A DNA stretch of 56,812 nucleotides, from positions 1 to 56,812 of the forward strand of contig JBGQFF010000003.1 in NCBI GenBank assembly GCA_041496745.1, in the 5' to 3' direction. This document shows, in pieces, positions 47,322-56,812 of the stretch. This stretch comes from Gammaproteobacteria bacterium. Its GTDB lineage: Bacteria > Pseudomonadota > Gammaproteobacteria > Burkholderiales > SG8-39. Below the pieces are notes generated by a model that worked only from the letters and a program-made list of their open reading frames with translations, was not told where the DNA came from and did no database searches. The translations under genes and the position numbers were made by a program. Positions within the stretch are counted from its first letter, which is position 1; each line of letters starts with the position of its first letter.

Positions 47322-47888
47322 ATGGCTGCCTTCGAATCGCCCTTTGTCGTTGCGTTGAACCGCCTGCTCGAGGCCGAGCCCTGGGCGCGCGAGCGGCTGG
47401 CGCCGTTCGCGGGCGAAACCGTGGAGCTGCGCGCCCCGCCGCTGCCGGCGCTGCGCTTTGCCATTGAAGAGTCCGGGCGCGTGGCGCCCGGCACGCAGCC
47501 CAACCTCACCATCACCCTGCGCCCGGACTCGCTGCCCGCGCTGCTGCGCGGCGAGGAACACTTCATGCGCACGGTGCAGATCGAGGGCAACGCGCGCTTC
47601 GCGCAGGAAGTGCTGTACCTCGCGCGCTACCTGCGCTGGGATTTCGAAGAAGACCTGTCGAAGGTCTTCGGCGATGCCGCGGCCCATGCCATGGCTGGCG
47701 CGGCGCGCAGTTTCGCCGCCTGGCACGCGGACGCAGCTCGGCGCCTCAGCGAGGGCATCATGGAGTACGCGGTGCAAGAGAGCCGCCTGCTCGCGCCGCG
47801 CGCGCAGTTCGCCGCGTTCGGCGGCGAGGTGGCGCGTCTGCGCGACGCGCTCGAGCGGCTGGAAAAACGCATCGAGCGCCTGCCATGA
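47322..47888 (+). CDS. ubiJ: Ubiquinone biosynthesis accessory factor UbiJ (SCP2 domain)
   Basis: [29 protein letters not shown]-terminal [12 protein letters not shown]; overlaps ubiB. Confidence 0.85.
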   Translation: MAAFESPFVVALNRLLEAEPWARERLAPFAGETVELRAPPLPALRFAIEESGRVAPGTQPNLTITLRPDSLPALLRGEEHFMRTVQIEGNARFAQEVLYLARYLRWDFEEDLSKVFGDAAAHAMAGAARSFAAWHADAARRLSEGIMEYAVQESRLLAPRAQFAAFGGEVARLRDALERLEKRIERLP

Positions 47889-49348
47889 GCCGGCTGCTGC
47901 GCATCCTCGTCGTCGCGCTGCGCTTCCGGCTGTACCGGTTCCTGCCGCGTTATGCCGGTCGGGCAGATCCCGATCGCGCGGTCCGCCTGCGGCAGGCACT
48001 GGAGGCGCTGGGGCCCATCTTCGTGAAGTTCGGGCAGGTGCTTTCTACGCGCCGCGACCTGCTGCCGCTGGACATCGCCGACGAGCTGGCGAAGCTGCAG
48101 GACCAAGTGCCGCCTTTCCCTTCCGACCAGGCGGTCGCCGAGATCGAAAAGGGCATCGGCAGGAAGATCGAAGAAGTCTTCGCCGAGTTCGGAGCCGAGC
48201 CGGTGGCGAGCGCCTCGGTGGCCCAGGTGCACCTCGCCCGCCTCAAGGACGGCCGCGAAGTGGCGGTGAAGGTGCTGCGGCCGGGCGTCGAGGCGGCGGT
48301 CGCGAAGGACGTGGCGCTGCTCGAGACCGCGGCCGGGCTGATGGAGCGCCTGTGGGCCGACGGGCGGCGCCTGAAGCCGCGTGAAGTGGTGGCCGAGTTC
48401 GCGCGCCACCTGGAAGTCGAACTGGACCTGCTGCGCGAAGCGGCCAACGCCAGTCAGCTGCGGCGCAATTTCGAGGCTTCGCCGCTGCTCGCGGTGCCGC
48501 AGGTGCACTGGGACTGGTGCGCGCAGCGCGTGATGGTGATGGAGCGCATGCACGGCACCCCCGTGTCGCAGGTGGATGTGCTGCGCGCGAAAGGCGTGGA
48601 CATCCCGAAACTCGCTCGCGCAGGTGTGGAGATCTTCTTCACGCAGGTGTTCCGCGACGGCTTTTTTCACGCTGACATGCATCCGGGCAACATTTTCGTT
48701 GCCGATGACGGGAAGTATGTGGCGCTCGACTTCGGCATCATGGGCACGCTCACCGAGGTGGACAAGAACTACCTCGCGCAGAACTTCCTCGCCTTTTTCA
48801 ACCGCGACTACCGCCGCGTGGCGCAGGCGCACCTCGACGCCGGCTGGGTGCCGGCGGCGACGCGCGTGGACGACTTCGAGGGCGCCATCCGCGCGGTGTG
48901 CGAGCCGATCTTCGCGCGGCCGCTGAAGGAAATCTATTTTGGCAAGCTGCTCCTGCGCCTGTTCCAGACCTCGCGCCGCTTCGGCGTCGAGATCCAGCCG
49001 CAGCTGGTGATGCTGCAAAAAACGCTGCTCAACATCGAGGGGCTGGGGCGCGAACTCGATCCCGATCTCGACCTGTGGCAGACGGCGAAGCCGTTCCTCG
49101 AGCGCTGGGTGGGCGAGCAGGTCGGCTGGCGCGGCCTGGTGCGCACGCTCAGGCAGGAGGCGCCCTACTGGGCGGCCACGCTGCCGCAATTGCCGCGTCT
49201 GCTGCACCGGCTGCTCGCCGAAGACCGGATGGGAGCCTTGCAGAAAGCCATGGAGCGCCTGGCCGAAGAGAACGCGCGCAGGAACGACCTGCTCACCGCG
49301 CTGCTCCTGCTCGGCGCCGCCGGGCTGGCGATCCTCCTCGTCGCCTGA
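47885..49348 (+). CDS. ubiB: Ubiquinone biosynthesis regulatory kinase UbiB
   Basis: [39 protein letters not shown]. Confidence 0.95.
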   Translation: MSRLLRILVVALRFRLYRFLPRYAGRADPDRAVRLRQALEALGPIFVKFGQVLSTRRDLLPLDIADELAKLQDQVPPFPSDQAVAEIEKGIGRKIEEVFAEFGAEPVASASVAQVHLARLKDGREVAVKVLRPGVEAAVAKDVALLETAAGLMERLWADGRRLKPREVVAEFARHLEVELDLLREAANASQLRRNFEASPLLAVPQVHWDWCAQRVMVMERMHGTPVSQVDVLRAKGVDIPKLARAGVEIFFTQVFRDGFFHADMHPGNIFVADDGKYVALDFGIMGTLTEVDKNYLAQNFLAFFNRDYRRVAQAHLDAGWVPAATRVDDFEGAIRAVCEPIFARPLKEIYFGKLLLRLFQTSRRFGVEIQPQLVMLQKTLLNIEGLGRELDPDLDLWQTAKPFLERWVGEQVGWRGLVRTLRQEAPYWAATLPQLPRLLHRLLAEDRMGALQKAMERLAEENARRNDLLTALLLLGAAGLAILLVA

Positions 49349-49369
49349 GTTAACATTCGAAGCGCGAGC

Positions 49370-50452
49370 ATGGCGCTTCTCGAGATCCGCAACGTCACCC
49401 GGGCCTTCGACCCGCTGGTCGCGGTCGATGACGTCAGCCTGTCGGTGGAGGCGGGCGAGTTCTTCACCCTGCTCGGGCCTTCGGGCTGCGGCAAGACGAC
49501 GCTGCTGCGCATGATCGCGGGCTTCGACCAGCCCGACCGCGGCGTCATCGCGCTCGACGGCGTGGACATGGCCGACACGCCGCCCGAGAAGCGCCCCATC
49601 CACACGGTGTTCCAGAGCTATGCGCTGTTCCCGCACATGAGCGCGGCGCAGAACATCGCCTTTCCGCTGCGCATGGCGCGGCGCGCCGATGACGAGATCG
49701 CGGCCAAGGTCAAGGGCGCGCTCGCCCTGGTGCACCTGGAGGACAAGGGGCAGCGGCTGCCGCACGAGCTCTCGGGCGGGCAGAAGCAGCGCGTGGCGCT
49801 GGCGAGGAGCCTGGTCAACCGGCCGCGCCTGCTGCTCCTCGATGAGCCGCTCGGCGCGCTGGACGCCAAGCTGCGCGAGGAGATGCAGATCGAGCTCATC
49901 GACATGCAGCGCGACGTGGGCGTCACCTTCGTGTTCGTCACGCACTCGCAGTCCGAAGCGCTGGCGCTCTCGACGCGCATCGCGGTGATGAATCGCGGCC
50001 GCGTCGAGCAGCTCGACGAGCCCTCGCGCCTGTACGGCTTTCCGAAGAACCGCTTCGTCGCCGATTTCATCGGCAAGATCAACATGCTCGAGGGCGAGCT
50101 GGTCGTGGACGGTGCCCAGCCGCGTCTACGCGTGCAGGGCCTGGGCGAGGTGGCCGTGGCCAGCCAGCCGGGATTGCCGGCCGGATTCCGGGCGGCGCTC
50201 GCGCTGCGGCCCGAGCAGGTGCAGATCGTCGCGCCGGGCACGGCAAGCGCGCATCCCAACCACTTCGCCGGCAAGGTGCGCGATTTCCTCTATATCGGCG
50301 ACGTCACCACCTACCTCGTCGACCTGCCAAACGGGCAGCGCCTGCAGGCGCTGCTGCCCAACTCCGCGCCGGGCCGCGCCAAGTTCTTCGAGGTGGGCGA
50401 CGCCGTGGCGGTGGCCTGGCCGGCCGAGGCCGGCGTGGTGCTGGCGCAGTAG
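49370..50452 (+). CDS. potA: Spermidine/putrescine ABC transporter ATP-binding subunit
   Basis: GPSGCGKT, VFQSYALFPHM, LSGGQKQR, LLLDEPLGALD, C-terminal TOBE-like region. Confidence 0.85.
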   Translation: MALLEIRNVTRAFDPLVAVDDVSLSVEAGEFFTLLGPSGCGKTTLLRMIAGFDQPDRGVIALDGVDMADTPPEKRPIHTVFQSYALFPHMSAAQNIAFPLRMARRADDEIAAKVKGALALVHLEDKGQRLPHELSGGQKQRVALARSLVNRPRLLLLDEPLGALDAKLREEMQIELIDMQRDVGVTFVFVTHSQSEALALSTRIAVMNRGRVEQLDEPSRLYGFPKNRFVADFIGKINMLEGELVVDGAQPRLRVQGLGEVAVASQPGLPAGFRAALALRPEQVQIVAPGTASAHPNHFAGKVRDFLYIGDVTTYLVDLPNGQRLQALLPNSAPGRAKFFEVGDAVAVAWPAEAGVVLAQ

Positions 50453-50464
50453 GCGGCGCGGGCG

Positions 50465-51295
50465 ATGCGCTCGCAACGGACCCTGAAGTGGCTGGTCGGC
50501 GGCCCGCCGTTCCTGTTCCTGGCCGTGTTCTTCCTGCTGCCGGCGCTGATCATGCTGGTCGCGTCCTTCCGCTACCCGGGCGAATTCGGCGGGCTGGCGC
50601 CGATGGTGACCTCGCAGCCCGGCGAGGAGGCGGGGCTTACCGCCGAGAGCTACGCCGTCTTTTTCAGCGACCGTGTGTACGCGGAAATCTTCGCCAAGTC
50701 CTTCGGCGTCGCCGCCCTGACGACACTGGTCTGCCTGGTGATGGCCTATCCGGTGGCGCTGCTCATTGCCAGGGGTCCCAAGCGCAACCGCGACCTGATG
50801 GTGCTGCTGGTGGTGCTGCCCTTCGCGTCGAATTTCCTGGTACGGGTCTACGCCTGGATGATCATCCTCGGGCCCTTCGAACTGCTGTTCAGCCGCTTCG
50901 CGGTCATCGTCGGCATGGTCTACGTGCACCTGCCGTTCATGATCCTGCCGCTGTACACCAACCTGGAGAAGCACGACCCGGCGCTGCTCGACGCGGCGCA
51001 GGACCTGGGCGCCAACGCCTGGCAGCGCTTCTGGCGCGTCACCTTTCCGCTGTCGCTGCCGGGCATTTTCGCCGGCGCGGCGCTGGTGTTCATCCCGGTG
51101 CTGGGCATGTTCGCCATCCCCGAGATCCTCGGCGGCAAGGACGACTGGATCGTCGGCAACATGATCAAGGAATCCTTCCTCGGTACGCGCGATTGGCCCT
51201 TCGGCAGCATGCTCTCGCTGATGCTGACGCTGGCGGTGCTCGCGGTGGCGGGCGGCGCGAGCTGGTTCGCGGCGCGGGGCGTGAGGCAGGCGTGA
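50465..51295 (+). CDS. potB: Polyamine ABC transporter permease
   Basis: VRVYAW, LPFMILPLY, LDAAQDLGA (EAA loop), RDWPFGS. Confidence 0.85.
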   Translation: MRSQRTLKWLVGGPPFLFLAVFFLLPALIMLVASFRYPGEFGGLAPMVTSQPGEEAGLTAESYAVFFSDRVYAEIFAKSFGVAALTTLVCLVMAYPVALLIARGPKRNRDLMVLLVVLPFASNFLVRVYAWMIILGPFELLFSRFAVIVGMVYVHLPFMILPLYTNLEKHDPALLDAAQDLGANAWQRFWRVTFPLSLPGIFAGAALVFIPVLGMFAIPEILGGKDDWIVGNMIKESFLGTRDWPFGSMLSLMLTLAVLAVAGGASWFAARGVRQA

Positions 51296-52248
51296 GGCGC
51301 CGGCTCGCCCTGGCCGTCGAGACGCTCGGCATCGCGGTGCTGTTCGCGAGCTTCCTCGCCTCGGGCGGCAAATACGTCCTCGCCGGCGCGGCGCTCGCGC
51401 TCATCGCCGCGGCGGGGCTGCTCGGCGCGTCCGGAGCGCGGCGCTCGCTGCCGAATTTCTGGCTCTGGTACGCGAGCCTGCTGGTCTACGCGTTCCTCTA
51501 CATCCCGCTGGTGATCGTCGTCATTTTCTCGTTCAACGACTCGAAGCTGAACGCCGAGTGGGTCGGCTTCACCACCAGCTGGTACGCGAAGCTGTTCGCC
51601 GACGAAGCGATGCTCGAGGCGACTCTCAACTCGATCCTCATCGCCAGCGTCGCCGCCGCGATCGCCACGGTGCTCGGCACCATGGCCGGCATCTCCATGC
51701 ACCGCTTCCGGCCGCGCATCCTGCCGTTTCTCGTGTTCACGCCGGTGGCGATGCCCGAGATCCTGCTCGGCGTCTCGCTGCTGATCTTCTTCCTCAACGG
51801 CGCGCAGCCGCTGTTCGGCGCGCTTGGCATCGAGTTCACGCTCGGCCTGGCCACGGTGGTGATCGCGCATGTCACCTTTTGCATCGGCTTCGTCGCCATC
51901 ATCGTGCGCGCGCGGCTCGCGGGCATGGACGAATCGGTGTTCGAGGCGGCGAGGGATCTCGGCGCGACGCCCTGGCAGACTTTCCGCCTGGTCACCCTGC
52001 CGCTGATCCTGCCCGGCGTGGTGGCGGGCGCGCTGATGGCCTTCACGCTGTCGATCGACGATTTCGTGATCACTTTCTTCACCTCCGGCGTCGGCACCCG
52101 GACCCTGCCGCTGCAGATCTACACCATGATCAAGGTCGCGGTCACGCCCGAGGTCAACGCCATCTCGGCGCTGCTCATGGCGCTGACCCTCGCCCTGATC
52201 GTGCTTGCGAGCAAGCTCGCGCCCGACCTGATGCGGGCGAAAGCCTGA
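51292..52248 (+). CDS. potC: Polyamine ABC transporter permease with N-terminal extension
   Basis: FLYIPL...FSFN, EAARDLGA, FTLSIDDFVI, PEVNAIS. Confidence 0.85.
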   Translation: MRRRLALAVETLGIAVLFASFLASGGKYVLAGAALALIAAAGLLGASGARRSLPNFWLWYASLLVYAFLYIPLVIVVIFSFNDSKLNAEWVGFTTSWYAKLFADEAMLEATLNSILIASVAAAIATVLGTMAGISMHRFRPRILPFLVFTPVAMPEILLGVSLLIFFLNGAQPLFGALGIEFTLGLATVVIAHVTFCIGFVAIIVRARLAGMDESVFEAARDLGATPWQTFRLVTLPLILPGVVAGALMAFTLSIDDFVITFFTSGVGTRTLPLQIYTMIKVAVTPEVNAISALLMALTLALIVLASKLAPDLMRAKA

Positions 52249-53316
52249 GTGAAGCCGGCCGCGCTCGCCGCCGCATTGCTGCTGCTCGCCGGGTCCGCGC
52301 TCGCGGGGCCGCAGGACGTGCTGCGCATGTTCAACTGGAACAATTACATGACCGAGGAAACGGTGGCGCGCTTCGAGAAGCGCTGCGGCTGCCGGCTGGC
52401 GCAGGACTACTACTCGGACAACGAGGAGATGCTGGCCAAGCTCGCGGCGGGCGCCACCGGCTACGACCTGCTGGTGCCGACCGGCAACGCGGTCGAAGCG
52501 CTGATCAAGTCGGGGCAGCTGCGGCCGATCGAGAGGGCGAAGCTCGCGAACCTGAAGAACGTCAAGCCGCAATACCTGGACACCTGGTTCGACCCGGGCA
52601 ACGTGTACTCGGTGCCCTATGCGTACTCGCTCACCATCCTCGGCTACAACGTCGAGAAGATGCGCGAGCTGGGCCTGCCGACCGACACCTGGGCGGTGAT
52701 TTTCGAGCCCAAATACCTCGAGAAGCTGCAAGGCAAGGTCACGGTGCTCGATTCGCAGCGCGAACTGTTCGCGGCCGCGCTCAAGTACCTGGGCTACTCC
52801 GCCAACGAGGCCGACGAGGCGAAGCTGAAGCAGGCGCGCGAGCTGATCCTGCGCGCCAAGCCCTACTGGGCGGCGTTCAATGCCGCCTCCTATTTCAAGG
52901 AGCTGACCGTGGGCAACATCTGGCTCGCCCACGGCTACTCGAACGACTTTTTCACCGCGCAGCAGGACGCCGCCAAGGCGGGGCGCAAATTCTCCATCGC
53001 GTACTCGACGCCCAAGGAGGGTGCGGTATTCGCGCTCGACAACCTGGTGATGCATAAGTCCGGCAAGCGGCCGGACCTGGCGCAGCAATTCATCGCTTTC
53101 TGGCTCGAGGGCGAGCCTTCCGCGCAATTGACCAACGCGATCGGCGCCGGCAACCCAAACCGGGCGGCGACTCCCCTGATCGACCCGAAAATCGCCGCCA
53201 ACGAGGCGATTTTCCCCAGCGCCGAGAAATTCGAGCGGCTGGAGATGCTGCGCGACTACGACCGCAGGTCCCGGCGAGTGCTGAACCGGCTCTGGGTCGA
53301 GATCAAGGTCAGGTGA
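52249..53316 (+). CDS. potD: Polyamine ABC transporter substrate-binding protein (PotD/PotF family)
   Basis: Signal peptide, FNWNNY, YSDNEEMLAKL, GYDLLVP, PKEG. Confidence 0.85.
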   Translation: MKPAALAAALLLLAGSALAGPQDVLRMFNWNNYMTEETVARFEKRCGCRLAQDYYSDNEEMLAKLAAGATGYDLLVPTGNAVEALIKSGQLRPIERAKLANLKNVKPQYLDTWFDPGNVYSVPYAYSLTILGYNVEKMRELGLPTDTWAVIFEPKYLEKLQGKVTVLDSQRELFAAALKYLGYSANEADEAKLKQARELILRAKPYWAAFNAASYFKELTVGNIWLAHGYSNDFFTAQQDAAKAGRKFSIAYSTPKEGAVFALDNLVMHKSGKRPDLAQQFIAFWLEGEPSAQLTNAIGAGNPNRAATPLIDPKIAANEAIFPSAEKFERLEMLRDYDRRSRRVLNRLWVEIKVR

Positions 53317-54383
53317 TGGAGCCCGCGCGCGATTCGCCCCTGGCGCGCTATCTCTTCGGCATCTACGTTCTCCTTGTCCTTTATGCGTCGCTCTACCCGC
53401 TTTCCGGGTGGCGCGACCACGGCGGTTCGCCCTTCGAGTTTTTCAGCACGCCCTGGCCCCGGAACACCCTGTGGTTCGACGTCGTATCCAATGTCCTGGG
53501 CTACGCGGTGCTGGGGCTGCTTGCCGTGCTCGCCATGCGCCCGCGCGTGCGCGGGGTGGCCGCGGTCATTGCGGCGAGCGCGCTCGGCGCCGGCCTCTCG
53601 CTGCTGATGGAGGCCGCGCAGAGCTACCTGCCCGCGCGCATTCCCTCGAGCCTGGACCTGCTGTGCAATGCCGCCGGCGCCTTCGCCGGCGCGCTCGCCG
53701 GCCTGCGCGCGGCGCCCTGGGAGCAGCCGCTGCGCGACTGGCGCGCACGCGCCTTGCTGCCCGGCGCGCAAGCCGACTTGGGGCTCGCGCTGCTCGGCCT
53801 GTGGCTTTTCACCCAGCTCAATCCCGCGATGCTGCTGTTCGGCGTCGGCGACCTGCGCGACCTGCTCGCGGGCCCGACCGGCCCGGCGCGCGCACCCGAG
53901 CTGTTCGTCGCCGTCGAGGCGGTGACCACGGCCGCCAACCTTGCCGCGGTGGCGCTGCTGGTGTCGGCGATTGCCGCCCCCGGCGCGCCGGTGCGCGCCA
54001 TGGTGGTGGCGCTGGTGTGCAGCGCGCTCGCCCTCAAGACGCTCGCATTCGCCATCATCCTGCGCACCCAGGATGGCTTCGACTGGCTGACGCGGGGCGC
54101 GCTGCAGGGTCTGCTGGCGGGACTGGCGGTGGCGCTGCTCGCGGTCGGGTTGCCGCGCATTGCGCGGCTCACCCTGGCGGCAGTGATGCTGATGGCTGCC
54201 GCGGTGTTGGTCAACCTTGCGCCGCAAAATCCCTACATGGCCGCAATGCTGAAACTCTGGCAGCAGGGGAATTTCCTCAACTTCAACGGCCTCACGCGGC
54301 TGGTGGCCACGCTTTGGCCGTTCGCGGCCATCGGCTACCTGATCCACCTCGCGGCGCGGCGGCGCGATGATGCGCTGCTGTAA
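53316..54383 (+). CDS. VanZ family integral membrane protein
   Basis: YASLYP, DVVSNVLGY, EAAQSYLPAR.PS.LDLLCN; many TM helices. Confidence 0.82.
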   Translation: MEPARDSPLARYLFGIYVLLVLYASLYPLSGWRDHGGSPFEFFSTPWPRNTLWFDVVSNVLGYAVLGLLAVLAMRPRVRGVAAVIAASALGAGLSLLMEAAQSYLPARIPSSLDLLCNAAGAFAGALAGLRAAPWEQPLRDWRARALLPGAQADLGLALLGLWLFTQLNPAMLLFGVGDLRDLLAGPTGPARAPELFVAVEAVTTAANLAAVALLVSAIAAPGAPVRAMVVALVCSALALKTLAFAIILRTQDGFDWLTRGALQGLLAGLAVALLAVGLPRIARLTLAAVMLMAAAVLVNLAPQNPYMAAMLKLWQQGNFLNFNGLTRLVATLWPFAAIGYLIHLAARRRDDALL

Positions 54384-54395
54384 AATGCGCGCCCC

Positions 54396-54710
54396 ATGTC
54401 GTACTACGAGCGCCACGTCTTTTTCTGCTGCAACCAGCGCGATCCGAGCGAACAGCGCACATGCTGCAATGACAAAGGGTCGCGGGCGATGCGCGACTAC
54501 GCCAAGCAGCGCGTCAAGGAGCTGGGCATGGCGGGCGAAGGCAAGGTGCGCGTCAACCAGGCCGGGTGCCTCGACCGCTGCGAGGAAGGGCCCTGCGTGG
54601 TCGTTTACCCGGACGCGGTCTGGTACACCTACGTGGACCGCGCCGACATCGACGAGATCATCGAGGAACACCTCAGGCACGGCCGCACCGTCGAGCGGTT
54701 GAGGATCTGA
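54396..54710 (+). CDS. Thioredoxin-like [2Fe-2S] ferredoxin
   Basis: HVFFCCNQR...CC...[18 protein letters not shown]. Confidence 0.9.
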   Translation: MSYYERHVFFCCNQRDPSEQRTCCNDKGSRAMRDYAKQRVKELGMAGEGKVRVNQAGCLDRCEEGPCVVVYPDAVWYTYVDRADIDEIIEEHLRHGRTVERLRI

Positions 54711-55303
54711 TGCGCGCGGGCACGCGGCGCGAGACGGTCGCCGGACCGGCGGGCCGCATCGAGTGCGCGGTGGACGAGCCCGCGGGGACGCCGCGCGGCG
54801 TCGCGCTCATCGCGCATCCGCACCCGCTCTTCGGCGGCACGCTGGAGAACAAGGTGGTGCAGACCCTCGCCCGCGCTCTTGTGGAGCTCGGCTACAGCGC
54901 CTGGCGGCCGAATTTCCGCGGGGTTGGCGCGAGCGAAGGTCGCTTCGACGAGGGGCGCGGCGAGGTCGAAGACCTGGCTGCGGTGCTCGCGCACATCAAG
55001 GCCGCGAAGCCGGTGCTCGCCGGGTTCTCTTTCGGCGCGGCGGTGCAGGCGAAGCTCGGCGCCAGGGTGCAGGCCGAGCGCATGGTGCTGGTCGGCGTGG
55101 CGGTGACGAATTTCGAGGTGCCGGCGGTGGCGCAGGGCACGCTGGTGATCCACGGCGAAATGGACGAGACCATCCCGCTCAAGGCGGTGCTCGACTGGGC
55201 GCGGCCGCAGGAGCTGCCGGTGCTGGTGGTGCCCGGAGCGGACCATTTCTTCCATCGCAAGCTGCCGGCGCTGAAGCTGGCCGTGACGGCCAACTGGAAA
55301 TGA
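54710..55303 (+). CDS. Alpha/beta hydrolase
   Basis: [32 protein letters not shown]. Confidence 0.88.
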   Translation: MRAGTRRETVAGPAGRIECAVDEPAGTPRGVALIAHPHPLFGGTLENKVVQTLARALVELGYSAWRPNFRGVGASEGRFDEGRGEVEDLAAVLAHIKAAKPVLAGFSFGAAVQAKLGARVQAERMVLVGVAVTNFEVPAVAQGTLVIHGEMDETIPLKAVLDWARPQELPVLVVPGADHFFHRKLPALKLAVTANWK

Positions 55304-56205
55304 CGCTCGCGGCAAAAGGCCTGCGCAAGTCCTACGGCGCCACCGAGGTGCTCGCCGGCGTGGACCTCGAGGTGGCCGCGGGCGAATGCTTCGGCCTGCT
55401 GGGACCGAACGGCGCCGGCAAGACCACCACGCTGAAACTCTGCCTCGGGCTGCTCACGCCGGATGCGGGGGAGATCCGGCTGCTCGGGCATCCAGTGCCG
55501 GCGGAGGCGCGGGTCGCGCGCCAGCGCGTCGGCGTGGTGCCGCAGTTCGACAACCTCGACCCGGATTTCACGGTTGCCGAGAACCTCGTCGTCTACGGGC
55601 GCTATTTCGGCCTGCGCGACCGCGACATCCGGGCGCGAATTCCACAATTGCTGGAGTTCGCCGGATTGGGCGGGCGGGCGGACGCGCGCATCCAGACGCT
55701 CTCGGGCGGCATGAAGCGGCGCCTGACGCTGGCGCGCGCGCTGGTGAACGACCCGCAGCTCGTCTTCATGGACGAGCCCACCACGGGGCTCGACCCGCAA
55801 GCGAGGCACCTGATCTGGGAGCGGCTGCGGCAACTGACGCAGGAGGGCAAGACGCTGATCCTCACCACGCATTTCATGGAGGAGGCCGAGCGGCTGTGCT
55901 CGCGCATCGCCATCATGGACCACGGGCGCATCATCGCGCAGGGGGCACCGCGCGCCCTGATCGCGGATTACATCGAGCCGCAGGTGGTCGAAGTGCACGG
56001 CAACGGCGTGGAGCAGTGGATGGAGCGCGCGAAAGGCCTCGCGCCGCGCGTCGAGCGGGCGGGCGAGACGGTGTTCTGCTACGCCGAGGACGTCGAGCCG
56101 GTGATCGGCGTGCTGCGCGGCCAGCACGAGCTCGCCTACCTGCACCGGCCGGCGAACCTGGAAGACCTGTTCCTCAAGCTCACCGGGCGCGACCTGCGCG
56201 ACTAG
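55300..56205 (+). CDS. nodI: NodI-like ABC-2 exporter ATP-binding protein
   Basis: [49 protein letters not shown]. Confidence 0.85.
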   Translation: MTLAAKGLRKSYGATEVLAGVDLEVAAGECFGLLGPNGAGKTTTLKLCLGLLTPDAGEIRLLGHPVPAEARVARQRVGVVPQFDNLDPDFTVAENLVVYGRYFGLRDRDIRARIPQLLEFAGLGGRADARIQTLSGGMKRRLTLARALVNDPQLVFMDEPTTGLDPQARHLIWERLRQLTQEGKTLILTTHFMEEAERLCSRIAIMDHGRIIAQGAPRALIADYIEPQVVEVHGNGVEQWMERAKGLAPRVERAGETVFCYAEDVEPVIGVLRGQHELAYLHRPANLEDLFLKLTGRDLRD

Positions 56206-56209
56206 AGCC

Positions 56210-56812
56210 ATGAGCCTGCGTTTCATCGCCGTGTGGCGCCGCAACTTCCTGGTGTGGCGGAAGCTCGCGATTCCTTCCATCCTCGGCAACCTCGCCGACC
56301 CGCTGATCATGCTGTTCGGCCTGGGCTACGGCCTGGGCGCGGTGCTTGGCAACATGGGCGGCACCAGCTACTTCGCCTACCTCGCCGCGGGCTTCGTCGC
56401 CTCCTCGACCATGTACGCGGCGACGTTCGAGTCGCTGTTCTCGGCGTTCTCGCGCATGCACGTGCAGAAGACCTGGGATGCGATCCTGAACGCGCCGATG
56501 ACGCTGGAGGACGTGGTGGCGGGGGAGTGGGCCTGGGCGGCGACCAAGGCGCTCGCCGCCGGCGCCTGCATGCTGGCGGTGATCGCGGCGTTCGGCTACG
56601 CCGCCTCGCCGCTCGCGCTGGCGAGCCTCCCGGTGGTGGCGCTGGTGGGCCTCGCCTTCGCCGGCGTGGGTCTGGCGATCAACGCGCTCGCCACCGGCTA
56701 CGACTTCTTCAGCTACTACATGACGCTGGTGCTGACCCCGATGATGATGCTCTCGGGGGTGTTCTTCCCGGTGGAGCAGCTGCCCGCGGCGGTGCAGGCG
56801 GCGGCGCAGGCG
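56210..56812 (+). CDS. nodJ: NodJ-like ABC-2 exporter permease (runs off the window)
   Basis: Manual translation MSLRFIAVWRRNFLVWRKLAIPSILGNLADPLIMLFGLGYGLG...FSRMHVQKTW...SGVFFP. Confidence 0.85.
   Translation, partial: MSLRFIAVWRRNFLVWRKLAIPSILGNLADPLIMLFGLGYGLGAVLGNMGGTSYFAYLAAGFVASSTMYAATFESLFSAFSRMHVQKTWDAILNAPMTLEDVVAGEWAWAATKALAAGACMLAVIAAFGYAASPLALASLPVVALVGLAFAGVGLAINALATGYDFFSYYMTLVLTPMMMLSGVFFPVEQLPAAVQAAAQA

Noticed and set aside
53316-54383. VanZ as glycopeptide resistance
   Set aside because: Broad membrane-protein family in a housekeeping context; no van cluster
55300-56812. nodIJ as evidence of nodulation
   Set aside because: NodIJ-like ABC-2 exporters are widespread in non-symbiotic betaproteobacteria; no nodABC in the window

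Overview
A very GC-rich, gene-dense stretch of core chromosome whose gene content and order point to a betaproteobacterium (inference from synteny such as ubiK-yifB, aroQ-accB-accC-prmA, mpl-yqiA-RNB-tonB-aroE-mtgA, hemL-thiE-thiD/rubredoxin, yqgE-yqgF-pyrR-pyrB-pyrC', dacA-dat-ybeD-lipB-lipA, polA/LOG-DUF2782-thrB, phoBR/ubiE-Tim44-ubiJ-ubiB, potABCD, nodIJ). About 59 CDS are supported; the first and last are truncated by the window. I saw no rRNA, tRNA, CRISPR array, transposase or integrase. Most notable observations: (1) an intact, stand-alone PilJ-type chemoreceptor lacking the conserved CheA/CheW-binding hairpin tip, located where a whole pil-chp cluster would normally be; (2) a small accessory block after lipA encoding a lipoprotein made of three 83-aa repeats, each with two Cys and one His; (3) a GTAG-type REP element with a 4x18-bp internal amplification that supplies the phoR stop codon; (4) a 21-aa mini-ORF coupled to ubiE that resembles a DUF971 remnant; (5) two divergent genes sharing one CATG for both start codons, within a wider pattern of apparently leaderless genes. 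Regulatory motifs read directly from the sequence include an NtrC/sigma54 promoter, a second sigma54/IHF promoter and a Pho box. All family assignments are by eye; no database search was run.
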